Shown: positions 7,690-16,924 of the stretch, piece after piece
Layout: each line of letters begins with the position of its first letter
How positions within the stretch are numbered: the first letter of the stretch is position 1
IMG/VR virus record: IMGVR_UViG_3300006929_000018
Coordinates: 1 to 55,527 of that record
DNA: 55,527 bases
DNA from: a virus
Lineage: Duplodnaviria; Caudoviricetes
Strand: one strand, 5' to 3'
The notes under the pieces: generated by a model
Database searches by the model: none
What the model was told of the DNA's origin: nothing
The model's input: only the letters and a program-made list of their open reading frames with translations
Made by a program: the position numbers and the translations under genes

Positions 7690-7944
7690 ATGGGAGAAAA
7701 AAAATCACGTTTATCACAAATCATTGATGAAATTTCACATGACTTAAGTGTGGATAAAAGTACAGTACGTAGTGTGCTTACTTTATTATTCAAGGAAATA
7801 GCAATAACACTTATCTTAAAAGGTAAGCCAGTGTTGATTAGAAGATTTGTTAAATTCGTTATAGCTTTACGAGGAATTAACAAAATAAGAAAAGATATAA
7901 ATAATGTAAATAAAGAAGAAAATGAACTTAAGAGAACTGACTAA
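7690..7944 (+). CDS. HU/IHF-like DNA-binding protein
   Basis: Two N-terminal helices then GKPVLIRRFVKF, like the HU G..V.I.GFG.F pattern. Confidence 0.65.
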   Translation: MGEKKSRLSQIIDEISHDLSVDKSTVRSVLTLLFKEIAITLILKGKPVLIRRFVKFVIALRGINKIRKDINNVNKEENELKRTD

Positions 7945-8383
7945 AGAACTACCATATAAATGGAGAGTTCAATCAGCTAGGTATGGTAAAGCTGCTTGTG
8001 TAGCTTACATAGACGCTAGAGACGCTCAAGACTTATTAGATGAGGTTGTAGGACCTAGTAAATGGTCTACAGAATACTACGAATCATGTGGATTATTGAT
8101 GTGTCGTGTTGGTATACACACAGAACATGGTTGGGTATGGAAATCAGATACTGGTTCCGAATCTAATGTAGAAAAACAAAAGGGACATGCATCAGACGCA
8201 TTTAAACGTGCGTGTGTATCGTGGGGTATAGGTAGATTTTTATATAGACTACCAATACAAACCCTTAAAACTAAGGAATATAAAGGTAAAGAATATCCTT
8301 ATGCACCAGAAAAAGATAAGATTATCTTTGATGGCGAAACTTTAACAAAATATATAAACTGGAAAATTAAAAACAATAAATAA
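7922..8383 (+). CDS. Rad52/22-like (Sak) single-strand annealing protein
   Basis: WRVQ, YIDAR, KGHASDAFKRA..WGIGRFLY. Confidence 0.85.
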   Translation: MNLRELTKELPYKWRVQSARYGKAACVAYIDARDAQDLLDEVVGPSKWSTEYYESCGLLMCRVGIHTEHGWVWKSDTGSESNVEKQKGHASDAFKRACVSWGIGRFLYRLPIQTLKTKEYKGKEYPYAPEKDKIIFDGETLTKYINWKIKNNK

Positions 8384-8961
8384 TGAAAGTATTACCATTT
8401 GACTTAAACACAACATCTTCTAAACCAGAAGGTAAACAAGAGTATTTAAAACCTGGGGCTCACCACTGTAAAGTTGTAAGTATAACAACATCTGATTTAA
8501 TAGACAACTACAAAGGCTCACCATTTATTACATTTAATGTAACAAGTAATAACAAAAACGGTAGAGTACAAATGTGGGCAGTTAAACAAACTGACAAACC
8601 TTCAACACAAGATTGGAAGAAAAAACAAATGAAAGACTTTTTAGTCAACGCAGGTGTGTCTGATTTCTCTGACGATTCTAAAGCTATGAATGATGTTATA
8701 GGTAAAGACTTAATGATAACATTTATATCAGAAGAGTATGTTACGGTTAACAGAGAAACAGGAGAACCAGTAATTAGAGAAGCTGTTAAATATAGATGGA
8801 GTAATAAAGCGGGAGCAAACTGTGCTTATAGTCCAGATATGAATAAAAAACTATCAAATGAAGATAGAGACAAATACAAAGTAATGATGAAAGATTATCA
8901 AGGAACATCAGCTTCTGTAGAAAACGCTGACGGTATGACAGACGAAGATATGCCGTTCTAA
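8383..8961 (+). CDS. probable single-stranded DNA-binding protein
   Basis: Beta-rich core, acidic DEDMPF C-terminus, adjacent to the annealase. Confidence 0.7.
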   Translation: MKVLPFDLNTTSSKPEGKQEYLKPGAHHCKVVSITTSDLIDNYKGSPFITFNVTSNNKNGRVQMWAVKQTDKPSTQDWKKKQMKDFLVNAGVSDFSDDSKAMNDVIGKDLMITFISEEYVTVNRETGEPVIREAVKYRWSNKAGANCAYSPDMNKKLSNEDRDKYKVMMKDYQGTSASVENADGMTDEDMPF

Positions 8962-8969
8962 AACAAATA

Positions 8970-9341
8970 ATGATGGTAAATGAAATTTTCATAGCGGGGA
9001 ATGTCCCTTCTAGTAAGAATGGTAAAAGATGGACTGGGAAATATCTTATACATTCTAAGACTACAATGAATTATATCAAAGAATCTAAAGAAGATTACGT
9101 AAGTAATAGGAAAAAGTTTCTGGATATGATTGAGGGTAAACAACCTCCCTATAAGATTTCATTTACTTTTCATAGAAGTACAAGAAGAAAATTTGATTAT
9201 ATAAATCCAGCACAAACTGTACAGGATTTAATGGTAAAATACCAATGGATAGAAGATGATAATTGTGAATTTATCAGACCATTTTTTGACGAATATACAT
9301 ACGACAAAGAAAATCCAGGTGTAACAATTAAAATATTATGA
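8970..9341 (+). CDS. RusA-like Holliday junction resolvase
   Basis: GNVPSSKN, RRKFDYIN, QDLMV..WIEDDN, ENPGV.I.I. Confidence 0.75.
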   Translation: MMVNEIFIAGNVPSSKNGKRWTGKYLIHSKTTMNYIKESKEDYVSNRKKFLDMIEGKQPPYKISFTFHRSTRRKFDYINPAQTVQDLMVKYQWIEDDNCEFIRPFFDEYTYDKENPGVTIKIL

Positions 9342-9778
9342 ATGTATCAAGTATAAACGATTTTGTAGAAAAATATTGTGAACTACATGAAATAACACAA
9401 AATAAATTATTTTCATCAAGTAGACATAGGCCTTTAGTAGAAAAAAGAATGATATTAGCTTACTTTTTACGTAAAGGTACAAACATGAGTTGGAATGCAA
9501 TAGGTAAATTAATGAACAAAAACCATGCTTCTATGATACACTATGTGAATAAAATAGAAACATTAATCACAATATATCCATATTTAAAAAGAATGTTTGA
9601 TTCAACTAACGAATTATATTCTCAGTTTGAACACACTTTTAAAGAGCATAGTAATATATATAAAGAACTATTAATAGAAAATCAAAAATTAAAAGATAGA
9701 ATTAATAGAAATATAGATATGATAAATACAATAATAGAAGAAGATAAAAAAGGTTATTTAATACAAATTGAACAATAA
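9338..9778 (+). CDS. DnaA C-terminal (domain IV)-like HTH protein
   Basis: SSSRHRPLVEKRMI.AY..R....SWNAIGKLMNKNHASMIH. Confidence 0.75.
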   Translation: MNVSSINDFVEKYCELHEITQNKLFSSSRHRPLVEKRMILAYFLRKGTNMSWNAIGKLMNKNHASMIHYVNKIETLITIYPYLKRMFDSTNELYSQFEHTFKEHSNIYKELLIENQKLKDRINRNIDMINTIIEEDKKGYLIQIEQ

Positions 9779-10083
9779 TGACAAAAACAAAAAAAACAAA
9801 AACAAAAATTAAAATACAGGGTAAAAATTATATGGTTCATCCTGAAGTAGAAGACTCTATTAAATTCTTAAGCGAAATAATTAGAGCTCATGAAGTAGCT
9901 TTATTAACTTGGGTTCATAAAATATGGAACAAGCAAGCTTTTGACGATAAAGACATAAAAGACTTTGAAAAAAGTATGTATGAATACACTATGAGAATAC
10001 CAAACGCTAACGACATATTAGCAAATATGATGAACATAGACAAACAAAAACAAGATATAGAAGAAGAGTTGAAAGATGAGTAA
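9778..10083 (+). CDS. hypothetical protein
   Basis: 101 aa, TAATG coupling. Confidence 0.65.
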   Translation: MTKTKKTKTKIKIQGKNYMVHPEVEDSIKFLSEIIRAHEVALLTWVHKIWNKQAFDDKDIKDFEKSMYEYTMRIPNANDILANMMNIDKQKQDIEEELKDE

Positions 10084-10861
10084 TTTAACACACAGTAATT
10101 ATTATCAAGACAGAGAATATATATCTAACTCTATGTTAAATCATATATCTATATCTCCAGAATATTTTAAACACATGTATGATAATCAACAAATAGCTAC
10201 ACCAGCTATGAAATTAGGTTCAGCTATACATATGGATATATTACAACCTGGAGAGTTTCTTAAACATTATGCAATATCTCCTAAATTTGACAAAAGAACC
10301 AAAAAAGGTAAAGAGGATTTTGCAGAATTTACTAAAAATAATATGTTTAAGAATATTATTTCTGAATCTGACTATGAGTTAATAACGGAAATATCTTTAA
10401 AGGTAATGAATGACACCGCGGTTCATCAACTCTTGAAACATGGTGAAGCAGAAAAAATTGTAACATGGCACAATAAACATCATGATGTAAAGTGTAAGGG
10501 TATGTTAGACTATCATAGAGATGATATGATAATAGACCTTAAAACAACTAAAGATTGTTCTTATAGTGGATTTATGAAATCTATGATTCAATATAAGTAT
10601 CATAAACAAGCTGCCTTTTATATGGACGCTGTAAAAGCTACACGATTTATAATTGTAGCTATTGAAAAAACAGCTCCATTCGCTATCAATATATTTGAGT
10701 TAGGTGACGATATGATAGATGAGGGTAGAGACATGTATAACCAAGAATTGGAAATCTATAAGTATTGTATGGATAATGATTATTGGCCTGGTTCAGGTTA
10801 TGACCCATTAGATAAAGATGCTGAAAGGACAATTCACATATTAACCAATAATTATGAGTAA
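10076..10861 (+). CDS. PD-(D/E)xK exonuclease, RecE/DUF3799-like
   Basis: ISNSML, GSAIH, KGMLD, IIDLKTT, YHKQAAFY, AIEKTAPF. Confidence 0.85.
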   Translation: MSNLTHSNYYQDREYISNSMLNHISISPEYFKHMYDNQQIATPAMKLGSAIHMDILQPGEFLKHYAISPKFDKRTKKGKEDFAEFTKNNMFKNIISESDYELITEISLKVMNDTAVHQLLKHGEAEKIVTWHNKHHDVKCKGMLDYHRDDMIIDLKTTKDCSYSGFMKSMIQYKYHKQAAFYMDAVKATRFIIVAIEKTAPFAINIFELGDDMIDEGRDMYNQELEIYKYCMDNDYWPGSGYDPLDKDAERTIHILTNNYE

Positions 10862-11264
10862 GAAGTCGGTATTATTTGAAGGGGGGGTAGAAAAAATATC
10901 TACCCTCTCTGACGGCTCATTAAGGATACATATAGGTACTCCTGAGCTGTCAAACGAAACTATGGTAAATCTATTCAATTTAAATAGAAAAACAGGGTAT
11001 GTATTATTATCACCATACCCTATAAATCAAGACCAAAAAGACGCTGTAGAAAAAGCTGCAGAAAATATAGAACACGAATCTACAGAATTTGGAAACAAAA
11101 CACCAAGTCAAAGATTACGTGCAGTATTATATGTGTACTGGGAAAAAACACAACCAAAACAAATTAATCCTGATACAGGCAATATAGAGTTGGTTGAATT
11201 TGATTTATTTTATAAAAGAGAGTTAAATAAAATTGTTGAACATTATAAAACTAAACTAGACTAA
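10854..11264 (+). CDS. hypothetical phage protein
   Basis: KTPSQRLRAVLY motif; 136 aa. Confidence 0.7.
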   Translation: MSKKSVLFEGGVEKISTLSDGSLRIHIGTPELSNETMVNLFNLNRKTGYVLLSPYPINQDQKDAVEKAAENIEHESTEFGNKTPSQRLRAVLYVYWEKTQPKQINPDTGNIELVEFDLFYKRELNKIVEHYKTKLD

Positions 11265-11395
11265 TGGCGGTAAAATCATTTGTATTTAAAAAAGTAAAAC
11301 AGAAAAAAAGACCTGGCGTTCACGCTAAGTCTAAAACTTCTAAGTTAAAACAAAGTATTAATTATAAAAAGAAATATCGTGGACAAGGAAGATAA
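11264..11395 (+). CDS. small basic peptide ending KKYRGQGR (43 aa)
   Basis: Manual translation; TAATG coupling. Confidence 0.6.
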   Translation: MAVKSFVFKKVKQKKRPGVHAKSKTSKLKQSINYKKKYRGQGR

Positions 11396-11678
11396 ACATA
11401 ATAAATATTATTATGAATTAGATAGAAATTTACCATATGTAGATTCTACAAACAATTTAGATAATGATAAACAAGACAAAAGAATACCTGACTATTACAA
11501 AGGCAAAGAAGGTTACGAAGCTAGAAAGGTTTGTGATAACTTTGATTTATCTTACCATTGTGGCACAGCAGTAACTTATATTCTGCGAGCTTATAGAAAA
11601 CATGATACACCAGTAGACTGTATTAAAAAAGCTATAGCTCATCTAGAATTTGAATTAGAAAAATTAAAAAATAAATAA
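11379..11678 (+). CDS. DUF3310-like protein
   Basis: PDYYKG, GTAVTYILRA.RK, DCIKKAIAHLE. Confidence 0.7.
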   Translation: MDKEDKHNKYYYELDRNLPYVDSTNNLDNDKQDKRIPDYYKGKEGYEARKVCDNFDLSYHCGTAVTYILRAYRKHDTPVDCIKKAIAHLEFELEKLKNK

Positions 11679-11679
11679 T

Positions 11680-11844
11680 ATGGAAATAACATTATCAATA
11701 TTTACATACGCGATAGGATTTGTTTCAGGAATGTATGTGTTATCACAACTAGAAAGTGGGATAAAATCTAGAATAAGAAACAATGAAACATTAAAGAACT
11801 TAAAGAAATACGATAAAAAAAATGATAATTCACAAAGTAAATAG
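11680..11844 (+). CDS. small membrane-anchored protein (54 aa)
   Basis: Manual translation MEITLSIFTYAIGFVSGMYVL... Confidence 0.5.
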   Translation: MEITLSIFTYAIGFVSGMYVLSQLESGIKSRIRNNETLKNLKKYDKKNDNSQSK

Positions 11845-12679
11845 AAAAACATTTACTATAAGACCCTCTGGGAGGAGTACAGATTTTATTTCTCCTAGTT
11901 TTGGACACGGTTGTTTATACAACTGCTCTTATTGTTATATGAAACGCAATAAACCTTACGGCCTTAGTATAGCAAAAAACACAGAAGATATACTTACTAG
12001 CATAAATAATCATGTAACTTTTGACGATACAATTAAACCAAATCAAACACACCCAGAATACATAACGTATGATATAAGTTGTAATGAAGACTTTGCTTTA
12101 CACGCTAAACATCATGAGTGGGAGAAAATATTTACATTTTTTAAAGACCATCCTAAAGCTATGGGTAGTTTTGCTACTAAGTATGTAAATCCTGAATTAA
12201 TTAAATTTGACCCTAAAGGTAAAATACGTATACGATTTAGTTTAATACCACAACATAAGGCAGATATACACGAACCACACACATCTAAAATTATAGACAG
12301 AATAAAAGCAATTGACGCTTTTATAGATTCTGGTTACGATGTTCATGTAAACTTTAGTCCTGTAATAGTATATGACGGATGGTTAAATGATTATAGGTTT
12401 TTGTTTAATATGTTAAATGATTATGTAGATTATAAAAACCAAGTCTTAGCAGAAGTTATATTTCTTACACATAATTTTAAAAGACATAAGTTTAATTTAA
12501 CTAGTAATCCTGAATCAGAAAAAGACTTGTGGGTTCCGCATATACAAGAAGATAAAATATCACAATATGGTGGTGTTAACACAAGATATAATCATAAGCT
12601 AAAACGTGAGTATATAAATCAATTTATAGATTTACACAATAGTATTATACCTTGGAACACAATAAGATATATATTTTAA
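11822..12679 (+). CDS. spore photoproduct lyase-like radical SAM enzyme
   Basis: GCLYNCSYCY (CxxxCxxC), DISCNED, FATK, RIRFS, EPHTS...RI.A, GY.V..NFSPVI, all matching SplB motifs. Confidence 0.85.
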   Translation: MIIHKVNRKTFTIRPSGRSTDFISPSFGHGCLYNCSYCYMKRNKPYGLSIAKNTEDILTSINNHVTFDDTIKPNQTHPEYITYDISCNEDFALHAKHHEWEKIFTFFKDHPKAMGSFATKYVNPELIKFDPKGKIRIRFSLIPQHKADIHEPHTSKIIDRIKAIDAFIDSGYDVHVNFSPVIVYDGWLNDYRFLFNMLNDYVDYKNQVLAEVIFLTHNFKRHKFNLTSNPESEKDLWVPHIQEDKISQYGGVNTRYNHKLKREYINQFIDLHNSIIPWNTIRYIF

Positions 12680-12693
12680 TAAAATAAATAAAT

Positions 12694-13512
12694 ATGATTA
12701 GTTATATAGGAGGTAAAAGCCGAATGGCTAAATGGATATCAGAATATATCCCAAAAGATATAGAATCCTACACAGAAGTGTTTGGAGGAGCTTTCTGGGT
12801 ATATATTAAAAGTGATGTACATACATTACCAAAATTAAAAAAAGTCGTTTATAATGACGTAAATAGGTTTATGGTTAATTTGTTCCAATGTTGTACAGAG
12901 CCATATTTCTTTAATAAACATATGGAAGAATCTGAAATCAAATCACAAAATGAAAAACTATTTTATGAATATCAAGAAGAAATAAAAAATACTTGTGATA
13001 TAGGTTTTAATGACTATTCATTTGACATGGCTATGAAATACGCTTACATAGCTACACAGGTATTTAGTGGTAGTAAAATTATGGAGTCTAAATATATAGA
13101 CCTTAAAGGTAAATATAATTCAAAATTTGATGCGTTTAGAAAAAGATTGATGAATCCTGATGTTATACAAAAATTGCACAAAATTACTAACTGTGAAAAT
13201 TTAGATTATACAGAATGTATTTCTAAATATGATGGAGTAGAAAGTTTCTTTTATGTAGACCCACCATATTGGAAAACTGAAAATTATTATTCTAATCATG
13301 ACTTTGATTCATTAGACCATGATACATTAGCTAAATGGTTACAGAATATAAGAGGTAAATTTGCACTATCTTATTATTATTTTGAAGAACTAGAACATAT
13401 GTATCCTAGAAAAGATTTCCGATGGGTGAGTAAAGAGTTTACAAAAGCTGCTGGAGCACAAAAAGGAAAGAAACAGAATAAAGGAGAAGAACTATTAATA
13501 ATGAATTACTAA
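12694..13512 (+). CDS. N6-adenine DNA methyltransferase (D12/Dam family)
   Basis: YIGGKS, EVFGGA, YND, YVDPPY, LSY, ELLIMNY. Confidence 0.92.
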   Translation: MISYIGGKSRMAKWISEYIPKDIESYTEVFGGAFWVYIKSDVHTLPKLKKVVYNDVNRFMVNLFQCCTEPYFFNKHMEESEIKSQNEKLFYEYQEEIKNTCDIGFNDYSFDMAMKYAYIATQVFSGSKIMESKYIDLKGKYNSKFDAFRKRLMNPDVIQKLHKITNCENLDYTECISKYDGVESFFYVDPPYWKTENYYSNHDFDSLDHDTLAKWLQNIRGKFALSYYYFEELEHMYPRKDFRWVSKEFTKAAGAQKGKKQNKGEELLIMNY

Positions 13513-13841
13513 TGGACAATATAGAACCTGGTGAAATAGTTTATTGTGATATTACTTATGAATATGAAAAACCATATCGTAATAGAACTAAAACAGAAAC
13601 TATAGAAATTATAAATGTTGTATTTGGTAGGGAGTATGTAGACACATACCCCCTGCTAAAATATAAAGTTTATAATAGAGACATAAGAAAAATTAATCCT
13701 AAAAAACCTCCTCAATGTGATGTACGTGTCATAGACTTAAAGGTACACGCTAGAGTAGGATTTAAACATAAAAATAGAGGTTATGTAGAAGTAGCTAGAA
13801 ATACACAAATAAGAAATAAAATAACTGGAGCTTATGAATAA
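13512..13841 (+). CDS. hypothetical protein
   Basis: 109 aa, TAATG coupling. Confidence 0.65.
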   Translation: MDNIEPGEIVYCDITYEYEKPYRNRTKTETIEIINVVFGREYVDTYPLLKYKVYNRDIRKINPKKPPQCDVRVIDLKVHARVGFKHKNRGYVEVARNTQIRNKITGAYE

Positions 13842-14028
13842 TTTTAAAAATATTAAAAAAATATTAAAAACACAAATAGAAAAAAATACACACGTATTTT
13901 GGACTTTTGATGAGGACAAAATGGAATTTACACAAATATATAAAAACTATAATAATGGTTTAACTATATATACTCCATCACAATTGTTTAACCATATTAT
14001 AGATTATGCAAAAACAAGACAAGATTAG
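13834..14028 (+). CDS. hypothetical protein
   Basis: 64-aa overlapping ORF. Confidence 0.55.
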   Translation: MNNFKNIKKILKTQIEKNTHVFWTFDEDKMEFTQIYKNYNNGLTIYTPSQLFNHIIDYAKTRQD

Positions 14029-14106
14029 ATACTATAAAAAATATATAAAGTATTTAGAAAAGTGTATAAAAAGAATTAATAACTATATTAAAAAATTAGA
14101 AAGAGA

Positions 14107-15390
14107 TTAATTGATTTCTACATTATAATTTAATATACCTTGCAATCCATTTTTTCTATGATATAAAAAAGCTTGAGCTTTTTTGATATTACCTATATAC
14201 CCCTTACTATCGTGCCAATAATCTGTTGCAGACATTGAAGATAGATTACGAACTGTTATACCTTGCAGTTCTTCAATAGCTTGTAGTTTTGTAGATTTGT
14301 TAGTATGTAGATGACCTCTATGTACCTCAACATAGTCTACATCACTCCAAGCGTTTTTATATCTTTGTGAAATTATACCTGGTAAATCGTTAGTTTTAGG
14401 TCCGTCACCATGGTCTGATATTACCATGTTCTTACCATATACTAACATTTTCATTAAACTATCACCGTTATCTACTTTTACGTCATTATGGTTTTCAAAA
14501 TATAATTCTAGGGTGTCTCCTAAATGCATCATAGATTCTCTGTCGTGATTACCTGGTATTACCATAACATGAACAGGAGTTATTTCAGATAAATAATTAA
14601 TTACTTTAATCAATAGTTTTCTGCCTGCTCTATACATATCTATATGATAATTAGTATTAAATTGTGGTGTACCTCTTGTTGTAGCTGGTATAGGCCAATC
14701 TCCATCTGCATTTAAAAAATCATGACCAGCTATAAATAATATTTTATCTATATAATATCCTTGAGCCCTGTATAATAAATGTTCAACAGCGTCTACTAGT
14801 CTTTGTTCTGCAATCTTTAAATCATACTTATCTCCTTTTATACCTATTTTACCTAGGTGTAAATCAAACGCTGATATCTCTAATAAATATTTATCTCTTT
14901 TATCTTGTCTGTCCCTTTCTTTTTTTGCTACCAAAGGTGATAAGTTTGATAAATCTTCTTTTATTTTTTCTTTGATTAACTTTACATTTAATTCTTCTTT
15001 GATAGGTTTCAGGAAAGCTTTACTTCTATACATAGTAACTGTAATAGGATTACGGTCATTATCAAATCCTGTAACCTCATATGTCCCTATATCATATTTC
15101 TCTACATACCATTTATCTAAATCTACTTTACATTGAGTGAGTAAATCTTCTAAGGTTTTAACTCTTGTGCAGTTTTCTGCTATTGCTACCGCTTCTCCTT
15201 TAGATTCTTGGAAATTATAAACTTCTTTTTCTTTAGGCATGTTGTCAGGATTCTTTTCTCTCATCCTTCTCGCTATAGCTCTAATCTGTTCATAATTAGT
15301 TCCGAATTTTTTTGCTGTATCAGCATATTTACTACGCTGTAATTGTGGATTTTCTTTTAAATACTTAATTATTTTATCATTCAAACTCAT
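14107..15390 (-). CDS. calcineurin-like metallophosphoesterase with N-terminal HTH-like region
   Basis: DLHLG, GHD, PGNHD, HGD, GHLH metal-binding motifs. Confidence 0.85.
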   Translation of the reverse strand: MSLNDKIIKYLKENPQLQRSKYADTAKKFGTNYEQIRAIARRMREKNPDNMPKEKEVYNFQESKGEAVAIAENCTRVKTLEDLLTQCKVDLDKWYVEKYDIGTYEVTGFDNDRNPITVTMYRSKAFLKPIKEELNVKLIKEKIKEDLSNLSPLVAKKERDRQDKRDKYLLEISAFDLHLGKIGIKGDKYDLKIAEQRLVDAVEHLLYRAQGYYIDKILFIAGHDFLNADGDWPIPATTRGTPQFNTNYHIDMYRAGRKLLIKVINYLSEITPVHVMVIPGNHDRESMMHLGDTLELYFENHNDVKVDNGDSLMKMLVYGKNMVISDHGDGPKTNDLPGIISQRYKNAWSDVDYVEVHRGHLHTNKSTKLQAIEELQGITVRNLSSMSATDYWHDSKGYIGNIKKAQAFLYHRKNGLQGILNYNVEIN

Positions 15391-15480
15391 AGTTTTATAA
15401 TGTTATTTTATATGTCTATAAAATTATTTTATAATTGTTTGAATATGAAGGTCTTAGAAAAAAAGTTATTAACACACTTA

Positions 15481-16059
15481 TTAACTATGTATAGCGTAAG
15501 TAACATCTATTGTTGATGCACTTGCTGACATGTAGAAATATACTGTTTTTTCTACATTTGCAAACATTGAAGAGGGTGGTTCAAAACTATTAGTTACTAC
15601 TCTAGCACCCCCACCTGTTAATACGCTTGAGAGTACACTAGCCAGACTTACAGTTTCTAGAGTTGACATTGTATCTCCCATTAGTCTAATTGTTGTTCCT
15701 CCTGTTACGTCTGTTATTACTCCTGAACCTACTGTAAATGTTAATTTATCTGGACTGTCAAAACTCCAATGTAAATCAAAAGCAGGTGAAGATTCTTTAT
15801 TGCAAACTGTTAAGTTTAATAATGATTGTCCTGGTTTTAATGTAAGGATGTGTGTGACTTCACCACCCCTAGGTTTTGCAAAATTCAATTTTGGTGAATT
15901 AGAAGACACCAAGACATTTGACCTTTTGTTGTCAACGTCTTGCTGCTTCTTTCTTAAGTCTTTATTTATTGATTTGTTTGGGTAGTCCTGTCTATTCGTA
16001 GATAAACTATCTCTTCTTGATAACTTTTTATACCTATCCTTGTCTTTAATTAAAGGCAT
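15481..16059 (-). CDS. hypothetical, possibly structural protein
   Basis: Basic N-terminus, beta-rich C-terminal domain. Confidence 0.65.
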   Translation of the reverse strand: MPLIKDKDRYKKLSRRDSLSTNRQDYPNKSINKDLRKKQQDVDNKRSNVLVSSNSPKLNFAKPRGGEVTHILTLKPGQSLLNLTVCNKESSPAFDLHWSFDSPDKLTFTVGSGVITDVTGGTTIRLMGDTMSTLETVSLASVLSSVLTGGGARVVTNSFEPPSSMFANVEKTVYFYMSASASTIDVTYAIHS

Positions 16060-16065
16060 AGTCTA

Positions 16066-16494
16066 TTAGTCATCAGAAGCTATTCCTGTATCAGGACCAT
16101 CACAAATTAAGTATTGTACTTTTTGTGCTGCTGTAGTAGCTGCTAAATCTAAATTAGCAGAACCATCAGCCGCTCCGTCTATATGAATTGGAGAAAACAT
16201 ACATACACCTGGCTTCAAATCAGCTATAACATCACCATCTGGTTTTACAGCTACTGGATAATCTGTATCTACATTTTTTATAAATACAAATATCATATCT
16301 TTATTATGACTTGCTAAGTTAATAGTAGTATCTGAAGTTCCGTTAGTTAATATTTCACCTGTAGATATTAAAGCTGAATCTACCGTAGTAGCTCCTGTAG
16401 TAAAAGATGGTGAAAATGAAAGTACTTGATTTCCATCTGAATCTGTTAATGTTAAAGTTCCTGATACTGTTACTGATAATGTTTGTGTTGCCAT
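16066..16494 (-). CDS. putative small virion beta protein
   Basis: Thr/Ser/Gly-rich; FIKNVD motif; similar to the neighbouring gene. Confidence 0.65.
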   Translation of the reverse strand: MATQTLSVTVSGTLTLTDSDGNQVLSFSPSFTTGATTVDSALISTGEILTNGTSDTTINLASHNKDMIFVFIKNVDTDYPVAVKPDGDVIADLKPGVCMFSPIHIDGAADGSANLDLAATTAAQKVQYLICDGPDTGIASDD

Positions 16495-16509
16495 TTTTTT
16501 ATATTTTTA

Positions 16510-16899
16510 TTAAGCGTTAGCGTCTATTTCAATTGCAGCGTATTCTATTGTAACCGTTGCTGTATCTGCTCTTGCTGTTGTTGTACCTGTACCCTTTATC
16601 ACTGTCATTAAAAAATGACCTGGTTCTAATATACCTATTAAATCAGCAGCAGAAGAAGCTCCATCATATATTTTAACAAAGTTAGTATCATCTAAATTTT
16701 TAACATATATCATTCTACCGTGCCCTGGAGCAGCCATTACAGTTGAATCACCATCATGAGCTACATCTATTCTTCCTGTAGCTATTTGGTCTACACCTGT
16801 TATATTTAGTGTGTAACTACCACTTTGAGTTTGACTATATCCAGTTCCCGAGGAAGCTGTCATACTTAAAGAACAGCTAAGAGTATAATTTTTTGCCAT
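16510..16899 (-). CDS. putative small virion beta protein
   Basis: YVKNLDDTN and LEPG motifs. Confidence 0.65.
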   Translation of the reverse strand: MAKNYTLSCSLSMTASSGTGYSQTQSGSYTLNITGVDQIATGRIDVAHDGDSTVMAAPGHGRMIYVKNLDDTNFVKIYDGASSAADLIGILEPGHFLMTVIKGTGTTTARADTATVTIEYAAIEIDANA

Positions 16900-16912
16900 C
16901 GTTTTTTAATTT

Positions 16913-16924
16913 TTTACAAAGTTA
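16913..16924 (-). promoter_or_regulatory. -7 promoter element TAACTTTGTAAA
   Basis: TAnnTTTG just upstream of the 16899 start. Confidence 0.5.

Noticed and set aside
7749-7757. Perfect DnaA box (TGTGGATAA), plus TTATTAACA variants at 7616 and 15466
   Set aside because: Isolated hits that are plausible by chance in AT-rich sequence; no clustered origin-like array.
3347-13919. - strand ORFs within the early and replication arm
   Set aside because: They overlap well-supported + strand genes and show no motifs.
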